Origin: Candidatus Helarchaeota ASGARD archaeon Hel_GB_B
Lineage (GTDB): Archaea > Asgardarchaeota > Lokiarchaeia > Helarchaeales > HEL-GB-B
NCBI GenBank assembly: GCA_005191425.1
Contig: SUPR01000152.1
Location: 1 to 6,388, forward strand
DNA: 6,388 nt
Direction: 5' to 3'
Position numbers and translations under genes: made by a program
Notes under the pieces: model-generated
The model's database searches: none
Seen by the model: only the letters and a program-made list of their open reading frames with translations
What the model was told of the DNA's origin: nothing
Shown here: positions 1 to 4,990 of the stretch, piece by piece
Layout of the letters: each line of letters starts with the position of its first letter
Numbering within the stretch: position 1 is the first letter of the stretch

Positions 1-215
1 CACCACCCAAGCCTACTGCACCAGCTCCGTCCTTCCCTACACCACCACCCAAGCCTGCTACACCAGCTCCGTCCTTCACTGCACCACCACCCAAGCCTAC
101 TGCACCAGCTCCGTCCTTCCCTACACCACCACCCAAGCCTGCTACACCAGCTCCGTCCTTCCCTACACCACCACCCAAGCCTGCTACACCAGCTCCGTCC
201 TTCCCTACACCACCA
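1..215 (+). repeat. 42-bp coding tandem repeat, about 5 copies, 14-aa unit PPPKP(TA/AT)PAPSF(PT/TA)
   Basis: AAGCCT recurs at 9, 51, 93, 135 and 177 (period 42). The unit ccaccacccaagcctgctacaccagctccgtccttccctaca has 26/42 G+C. The array runs off the left edge. Confidence 0.95.
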
Positions 216-1145
216 GAAAAGAAAGATGAAGCATTAGATGAAGCATTAAGATTATTAGATGTCGAAGAACCTAGCGTAAGTGAACCAATTCCCGAAGGTT
301 TTCAATCAACAAATATTTATGAACCACAGCCCCTTGAAATTCCAGATGTCGAAACACCTATACCGATTGAAGAGCCAAGTCCTATACCGATTGAAGAGCC
401 AAGTCCTATGCCAATTGAAGAGCCAAGTCCTATACCGATTGAAGAGCCAAGTCCTATACCGATTGAAGAGCCAAGTCCTATACCGATTGAAGAGCCAAGT
501 CCAATGCCGATTGAAGAGCCAAGTCCAATGCCGATTGAAGAGCCAAGTCCTATGCCGATTGAAGAGAATAAGAATTTAGTATCTACAGAAGTTTCTGAAC
601 AGAAGTCAGGATTTATTCCATTTCAAGCGCCTAAAGTACAAGAGAGTTCAGATATATCAATTGAAGATGTGAAGCCGGTTGATATTTTAAATGAAAATGC
701 GTCACTGGATATTCCGAGTCCTGAAGTTATAATAAAAGAATCAGGTATCGAAGAAGGAAAAGGTGAAATGGAAGAGTCATCAATTTTTGGAATTACATCA
801 ACTGCTAAACCAAGCGAAGAAAAAGGGTTTACGCCATTTACTACGAGTGAGACAGAAACATCAGCATCAGTAGAGCCAGCGATTCCTACGGAAGAAGTTT
901 CACCCACTGATTTATTTACTGCATTATCCCAGAAGAAGAATGTATATAAACATGAGAAAAAAGCGCCGAGGTTTATTCCATTTATTCCAACAGCTGAAGG
1001 TGAATATGAAGAAATTGAATTAGAAATTATTAAAAAAGATGAGAAAGAGATAGCATCAACGAATATGATAAGATGTCCGGGATGTAATAGAGAAATACCA
1101 GCTGATTGGAAGTTTTGTACATATTGTGGGACACTATTAAAATAA
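3..1145 (+). CDS. 5'-truncated Pro-rich/acidic low-complexity protein (at least 380 aa) with tandem repeats and a C-terminal zinc ribbon
   Basis: The frame starting at position 3 has no stop until TAA at 1143-1145. It reads PPKPTAPAPSFPTPPPKP...EKKDEALDEALRLLD...PIPIEEPSP...RCPGCNREIPADWKFCTYCGTLLK*. The ATG at 408 in the ORF track is an internal Met of the repeat array. The true start lies upstream of the window. Confidence 0.88.
   Translation, partial: PPKPTAPAPSFPTPPPKPATPAPSFTAPPPKPTAPAPSFPTPPPKPATPAPSFPTPPPKPATPAPSFPTPPEKKDEALDEALRLLDVEEPSVSEPIPEGFQSTNIYEPQPLEIPDVETPIPIEEPSPIPIEEPSPMPIEEPSPIPIEEPSPIPIEEPSPIPIEEPSPMPIEEPSPMPIEEPSPMPIEENKNLVSTEVSEQKSGFIPFQAPKVQESSDISIEDVKPVDILNENASLDIPSPEVIIKESGIEEGKGEMEESSIFGITSTAKPSEEKGFTPFTTSETETSASVEPAIPTEEVSPTDLFTALSQKKNVYKHEKKAPRFIPFIPTAEGEYEEIELEIIKKDEKEIASTNMIRCPGCNREIPADWKFCTYCGTLLK
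225..248 (+). repeat. 12-bp perfect tandem duplication encoding DEAL-DEAL
   Basis: gatgaagcatta occurs at 225-236 and 237-248, in frame. Confidence 0.85.
357..566 (+). repeat. 24-bp coding tandem repeat, 8 full copies plus 1 partial, 8-aa unit P(I/M)PIEEPS
   Basis: The unit cc(t/a)at(a/g)cc(g/a)attgaagagccaagt starts at 357, 381, 405, 429, 453, 477, 501 and 525, with a partial copy at 549-566. Confidence 0.95.
1074..1127 (+). other. C-terminal C4 zinc ribbon (CxxC-x10-CxxC; zinc_ribbon_2/DZR-like)
   Basis: CPGC-NREIPADWKF-CTYCG lies 5 residues before the stop. Confidence 0.85.
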
Positions 1146-1237
1146 AAAATGTTTATATTTTGGCTTATTTTTATTGTGAGATATATAAATATAGAGATTA
1201 TTAAAAGTTAAATTATTTTTTATATTTCTTATTATTA

Positions 1238-1243
1238 GAGGTA
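1238..1243 (+). promoter_or_regulatory. Shine-Dalgarno-like GAGGTA before gltX
   Basis: GAGGT at 1238-1242 lies 6 nt before ATG 1249, which favours 1249 over the alternative ATG at 1261. The same AGGTA core precedes the Ubl gene and mtxX. Confidence 0.6.
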
Positions 1244-1248
1244 TTATT

Positions 1249-2994
1249 ATGGAAGTTAATATGCGAGAGATCATTTACCAACTAGCAGTAAGAAATGCGG
1301 TTAAACATAACGGAAAAGCTAGTAAAAAGTCCGTTTTAGGTATGTTTTTAAGTGAGAATATTGAATATAGGTCGAGAATAGAAGAAGTTAAAGGAATTAT
1401 AGACGAGGTAATTCAGGAAATAGATAAAATACCATATACAGAATTAAAATCACGATTTTCGGATTTTAATTCAAAAAATGAGAAGACAAGACCATTGGCA
1501 GAAAGTCAGATACCACCATTGCCAGATATAGATAAATATAATAAAGTAATAATGCGGTTGGCACCATATCCAAGTGGGCCCTTACATATTGGAAATGCTA
1601 GAATGGTAATTCTTAATGATTATTATACAAAAAAATATAAAGGTAAATTGATATTAGTTTTTGATGATACAATAGGTTCAATTGAGAAAAATGTAATACC
1701 AGAGGCATATGATTTAATACCAGAAGATCTTAGATATCTTGGGGTAAAGTGGCACGAGACGATATATAAATCAGATAGAATTCCTATTACATATAAATAT
1801 TGTAAGAAATTAATTGAAATGAACAATGCTTATGTTTGTACCTGTGATGCAAAAAAATGGAGTTTAGAGCATAGAAAAAAAGGGATAGCATGTGAGCACC
1901 GAAATAAGAGTGTAGAGCATAATTTAGATGAATGGGAAAAAATGTTAAAGGGAGTTTATTCAGAAGGTGAGGCAGTAGTAAGGATGAAAACAGGAATGGA
2001 TCTACCCAACCCAGCATTGAGAGACAATGTTATTATGAGAATTTCTAATAAAGTCCATCCAAGAGTGGGCGATAAATATAAGGTATGGCCACTACTCGAG
2101 TTTTCATGGGGGATAGATGACCATTTACTTGGTATAACGCATATTTTAAGAGGGAAAGATTTGATGCATGAAGATAGACTTGAATCAATTATCTGGGATT
2201 TTTTTAAGTGGCCTAAAGTTAAATTTATCCATTATGGTCTGATATCATTTCGCAATATAAAATTGAGCAAGACAGATGCCCGAATAAAGATAGAAAAGGG
2301 GATTTATGACGGCTGGAGTGACCCAAGAGTATGGAGTATACAATCATTGAAAAAAAGAGGGATATTACCGGAAAGTATAAGGTCATTAATTCTGCAATTA
2401 GGTTTAAGTCTAGCGGATATAAAATTGAGTCCTAAAAAGTTATATTCAATAAATCGAAGTAAAATAGACCCAATTGCAAATCGATATTTTTTTGTTTCGG
2501 AGCCAAAGATCTTAGAAATACAAAATGTAACGGATGTACAATATAGTGCAAAATTATTAATACACCCGGATTATCCAGAGAGAGGAGTTAGGACAATAAA
2601 TTTAAAAGTTGAGTCTGGAACGCTTAAAGTCTATATTGATGGAAACGACGCAAATAAATTGGAAAATGGTGAAATAATAAGATTAAAAGACCTACTAAAC
2701 ATAAAAATAATAGATAAAAAAGATTTAAAAGCAGAGATTATACCTGGTGGAATTAATGAGTTTAGAGATTACCAACAAAAACTAGATAAGAAGTTGAAAA
2801 TTATACAATGGTTGCCCTTAAAAAACAATATTTCTTTAGAAATAGTCAAAGATGATGGTAAAATAATTTCGGGGCTAGGAGAGGAATCATGCAAAGATTT
2901 AGAAGTAGACCAATTAATACAATTTGAGCGGTTTGGATTTTGCCGGGTAGACCAAATAAGTCCAAAAATAAAATTATATTTTGCGCATAAATAA
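1249..2994 (+). CDS. gltX: Glutamate--tRNA ligase, archaeal type (probably non-discriminating GluRS), 581 aa
   Basis: Class I HIGH region RLAPYPSGPLHIGNAR; FDDT; Zn site YVCTC...ACEHR; WPLLEFSWGIDDHLLGITHILRGKD; KMSKS equivalent KLSKT; WSDPRVWSIQSLKKRGI; archaeal N-terminal extension (AVRNAVKHNGKA); C-terminal QFERFGFCRVD of the beta-barrel anticodon domain. Confidence 0.97.
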   Translation: MEVNMREIIYQLAVRNAVKHNGKASKKSVLGMFLSENIEYRSRIEEVKGIIDEVIQEIDKIPYTELKSRFSDFNSKNEKTRPLAESQIPPLPDIDKYNKVIMRLAPYPSGPLHIGNARMVILNDYYTKKYKGKLILVFDDTIGSIEKNVIPEAYDLIPEDLRYLGVKWHETIYKSDRIPITYKYCKKLIEMNNAYVCTCDAKKWSLEHRKKGIACEHRNKSVEHNLDEWEKMLKGVYSEGEAVVRMKTGMDLPNPALRDNVIMRISNKVHPRVGDKYKVWPLLEFSWGIDDHLLGITHILRGKDLMHEDRLESIIWDFFKWPKVKFIHYGLISFRNIKLSKTDARIKIEKGIYDGWSDPRVWSIQSLKKRGILPESIRSLILQLGLSLADIKLSPKKLYSINRSKIDPIANRYFFVSEPKILEIQNVTDVQYSAKLLIHPDYPERGVRTINLKVESGTLKVYIDGNDANKLENGEIIRLKDLLNIKIIDKKDLKAEIIPGGINEFRDYQQKLDKKLKIIQWLPLKNNISLEIVKDDGKIISGLGEESCKDLEVDQLIQFERFGFCRVDQISPKIKLYFAHK

Positions 2995-2999
2995 TTATT

Positions 3000-3782
3000 T
3001 TATAGTTTTTTTAATTTTTCGAGAATTTTAGGCATGATATTTCCTATTTTTTCTCTAATAATTAAATTTGCATTAATATCGTGAGGAGTTTCTTGAAGAT
3101 TTATTATTATTAATTTTCCACCGTTTTGTATTGTTAGAAATGGTAAATGAGCTGCCGGAGTAACTACTAAGGACGAACCCAAAACCAGCATACAATCAGC
3201 AGATTTAGCCATATCAACAGCTTTTCTTAATGTGTTTGGGTCCAATTGTTCTCCAAATAAAATAGTATCAGATTTTAGGATTCCATTGCAACCATCTTTT
3301 TTACATCGAGGAGGTAATTCACCATTTTTTATCCATCCTAATACCTTTTTTCGTTCATATTTTGTGCCACAGTCCATACAATGTGCGGTATAAATAGTTC
3401 CATGTAGCTCAATAACATCAGAATTACCTGCTTTTTGGTGTAAATTGTCGATGTTTTGAGTGATAACAGACCTTAAATATCCCAATTGTTCCAATTCGGC
3501 TATACATAGATGAGCTTTAGAAGGTTTAGCATCTAATATTTTATTTCCTAATCCATCAGGGTCTAAAGCTCTTTCCCAATATGCAGAGGGATTTTGTAAA
3601 AAAGCATCAAGTGATGCGTATTTCATTGGGTCTTTTTTAGTCCATAGACCAGTTCCAGGGGATCGGAAGTCAGGGATTCCACTTTCGGTCGAAATACCAG
3701 CTCCAGTTAAAGCTACAACAAATTTTGATGATTGAATTATTTCGGCAGCTTTGGAAATTTTAAATTCCAAATCTAAATTCAT
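3000..3782 (-). CDS. cobB: Sir2-family NAD-dependent protein deacylase, paralogue B (260 aa)
   Basis: GAGISTESGIPDFRS, TQNIDNLHQKAG, catalytic ELHG, Zn ligands CMDC...CKKDGC, LFGE, GSSLVVTPA, IIIN. The symbol is used in the broad prokaryotic sirtuin sense. Confidence 0.95.
   Translation of the reverse strand: MNLDLEFKISKAAEIIQSSKFVVALTGAGISTESGIPDFRSPGTGLWTKKDPMKYASLDAFLQNPSAYWERALDPDGLGNKILDAKPSKAHLCIAELEQLGYLRSVITQNIDNLHQKAGNSDVIELHGTIYTAHCMDCGTKYERKKVLGWIKNGELPPRCKKDGCNGILKSDTILFGEQLDPNTLRKAVDMAKSADCMLVLGSSLVVTPAAHLPFLTIQNGGKLIIINLQETPHDINANLIIREKIGNIMPKILEKLKKL
3006..3019 (+). terminator. Possible archaeal oligo(T) terminator for gltX (T7-AA-T5), embedded in the last codons of the convergent sirtuin
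   Basis: tttttttaattttt begins 11 nt after the gltX stop. The intergenic gap is only 5 bp. Confidence 0.35.
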
Positions 3783-3785
3783 TTT

Positions 3786-4571
3786 TCAATTCCCAACCTT
3801 CAATTTTTCTTTTACTTTTTCAAGAACTCTTGGTAATATATCACCTGCTTTTCCTCGAATAATAAGAGTAGCCCTAGAATCAAAATGAGTATCTGCAGCG
3901 AGTCCCCAATTTATAATTACTAATTTTGCATCGTGCATTAAGGCTTTTGAGGGTAAAAAGTTAATGGGAGAAACTACTAATGACGAGCCTACAACTATTA
4001 ATAAGTCGCATTTTTCAGCGTGTTTAAATGCTTCATTGACGGCTTTTTCTGGTAATAATTCTCCAAACATTACAACATCGGGTCTAAGAGTACCACCACA
4101 CACATCGCATTTGGGAATTAATTCCCCTTTCTCAAAAAACTTTTCAGCAAGCACCCAGATATCAAATTTTCTTTTACAATTCATACAATAACAATCTCTT
4201 AAATTCCCATGGACTTCAATAACATTTTTAGAATGCGCCCTTTGGTGTAAACCATCAATATTTTGAGTGATGATAGCCTTTATAAAGCCCATTTTTTCCA
4301 ATTTGGCTAATGCTTTATGACCTTTATTTGGCTTGGCAGAAAAAATTACTGGAGCTAACTTTTTTGCAAGTTCAAAAAAGTTACCTTGATTACTTTGAAA
4401 CCCTTCAATAGACCCAAATTCAATAGGGTCTACACTTTCCCAGAGACCAGTCCCCGGACTTCTAAAATCTGGAATTCCACTTTCTGTTGAAATACCAGCT
4501 CCTGTAAGGACAACTGTATATTTGGATTTGATAATTAGCTCTGCTAGCTTATCAATTTGTTCATCAGACAT
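3786..4571 (-). CDS. cobB: Sir2-family NAD-dependent protein deacylase, paralogue A (261 aa)
   Basis: GAGISTESGIPDFRS, TQNIDGLHQRA, catalytic EVHG, Zn ligands CMNC...CDVC, LRPDVVMFGE, GSSLVVSP. The stop TGA is 3 nt before the ATG of paralogue B. An in-frame TGA directly upstream fixes the start at 4571. Confidence 0.95.
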   Translation of the reverse strand: MSDEQIDKLAELIIKSKYTVVLTGAGISTESGIPDFRSPGTGLWESVDPIEFGSIEGFQSNQGNFFELAKKLAPVIFSAKPNKGHKALAKLEKMGFIKAIITQNIDGLHQRAHSKNVIEVHGNLRDCYCMNCKRKFDIWVLAEKFFEKGELIPKCDVCGGTLRPDVVMFGELLPEKAVNEAFKHAEKCDLLIVVGSSLVVSPINFLPSKALMHDAKLVIINWGLAADTHFDSRATLIIRGKAGDILPRVLEKVKEKLKVGN

Positions 4572-4655
4572 TCAAACCAACAAAATTTAAAATTAAAATT
4601 CAAATATATTAATTATAAATTATATTTAATTATATTTTCTATTTGTTTTAAATAA

Positions 4656-4670
4656 ATTGATTTTATCAAT
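4656..4670. promoter_or_regulatory. Perfect inverted repeat ATTGAT-N3-ATCAAT in the divergent sirtuin/Ubl promoter region (candidate operator)
   Basis: attgat-ttt-atcaat lies 20 nt upstream of the Ubl ATG. Confidence 0.35.
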
Positions 4671-4677
4671 ATTAATT

Positions 4678-4683
4678 AAGGTA
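4678..4683 (+). promoter_or_regulatory. Shine-Dalgarno-like AAGGTA before the Ubl gene
   Basis: AAGGT at 4678-4682 lies 8 nt before ATG 4691. Confidence 0.5.
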
Positions 4684-4690
4684 ATAATAG

Positions 4691-4966
4691 ATGGCAAAAA
4701 TCCAATTAATAGGGCCACTGGAAAATGAAGTAGGTGTAAGTGAAATATTCTATGATGGGGAAACAATTAGAGAAGCAATTAATAAATTTATTGATGATTA
4801 TAAAGATAAATTAAAAAAATTTCTTGACCCAAAAACGGGATTTTTAAGTAGATATTTGATGATCTTGGTAAATACAAAAAATGTGATATTCTTAAAAGAT
4901 AAATTAGACACAAGACTTAGTCAAGATGATCATATAATAATTGCATTACCGATAGGAGGGGGTTAA
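4691..4966 (+). CDS. MoaD/ThiS/SAMP/Urm1-family ubiquitin-like (beta-grasp) protein with a C-terminal diglycine, 91 aa
   Basis: Size and pattern fit the family: GETIREAINKF helix, ILVN strand, LDTRLSQDDHIIIALPIGGG* (compare archaeal MoaD L.T.L..GD.V...PPVSGG). The free C-terminal GG needs no processing. Confidence 0.88.
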   Translation: MAKIQLIGPLENEVGVSEIFYDGETIREAINKFIDDYKDKLKKFLDPKTGFLSRYLMILVNTKNVIFLKDKLDTRLSQDDHIIIALPIGGG

Positions 4967-4980
4967 ATATCATTATTATT

Positions 4981-4986
4981 AAAAAA
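4981..4986 (-). terminator. Possible oligo(T) terminator (T6 on the minus strand) just after the mtxX stop
   Basis: A6 at 4981-4986 lies in the 24-bp gap between the convergent Ubl and mtxX stops. Confidence 0.3.
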
Positions 4987-4990
4987 TTTA

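Noticed and set aside
1-215. High-GC stretch as horizontally acquired DNA
   Set aside because: The GC content and C-skew are explained by Pro/Ala/Thr codons within a continuous reading frame.
240-257. EALRLL as a [DE]xxxLL dileucine sorting signal or ESCRT-III MIM1 motif
   Set aside because: It is a single short degenerate match, partly created by the 12-bp duplication, and it does not fit MIM1 spacing.
1-566. Repeats as a CRISPR array
   Set aside because: The units are contiguous with no unique spacers, are in-frame coding, and no cas genes are nearby.
280-579. ORF-track 99-aa ORF with RLKSQVLY repeats
   Set aside because: It is an alternative-frame reading of the 24-bp repeat. A stop-free unit whose length is a multiple of 3 keeps the frame open automatically.
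623-907. Minus-strand 94-aa ORF
   Set aside because: It is an antisense shadow of the acidic protein, with no recognisable motifs.
612-983. FxPF motif spacings (216 and 144 nt) are multiples of 24
   Set aside because: The decayed repeat relic at 879 is out of that register and the intervening sequence shows no 24-nt periodicity, so this is probably coincidence.
408-1145. ATG 408 as the gene start
   Set aside because: The frame is open from position 3, and this Met is a variant residue inside repeat unit 3.
1623-2017. Minus-strand ORFs 1623-1826 and 1787-2017
   Set aside because: Both are antisense to the conserved gltX core.
3562-3584. YWER in sirtuin B as the class III YxxR desuccinylase motif
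   Set aside because: Aligned on the preceding NP/DP, this Tyr matches the V/F-W position, four residues earlier than the CobB/SIRT5 Tyr.
3964-4191. Plus-strand 75-aa ORF
   Set aside because: It is an antisense shadow of sirtuin A.
3000-4571. Sirtuins as anti-phage SIR2 NADases (Thoeris, DSR, SIR2-HerA, SIR2-pAgo) or class M SirTM
   Set aside because: Both are stand-alone proteins of about 260 aa with a Zn-binding domain and canonical deacylase motifs. No TIR, HerA, Argonaute, macrodomain or GcvH-like partner is present in the window.
4656-4670. FNR box
   Set aside because: The FNR consensus is TTGAT-N4-ATCAA. The spacer here is 3 nt and the host is archaeal.
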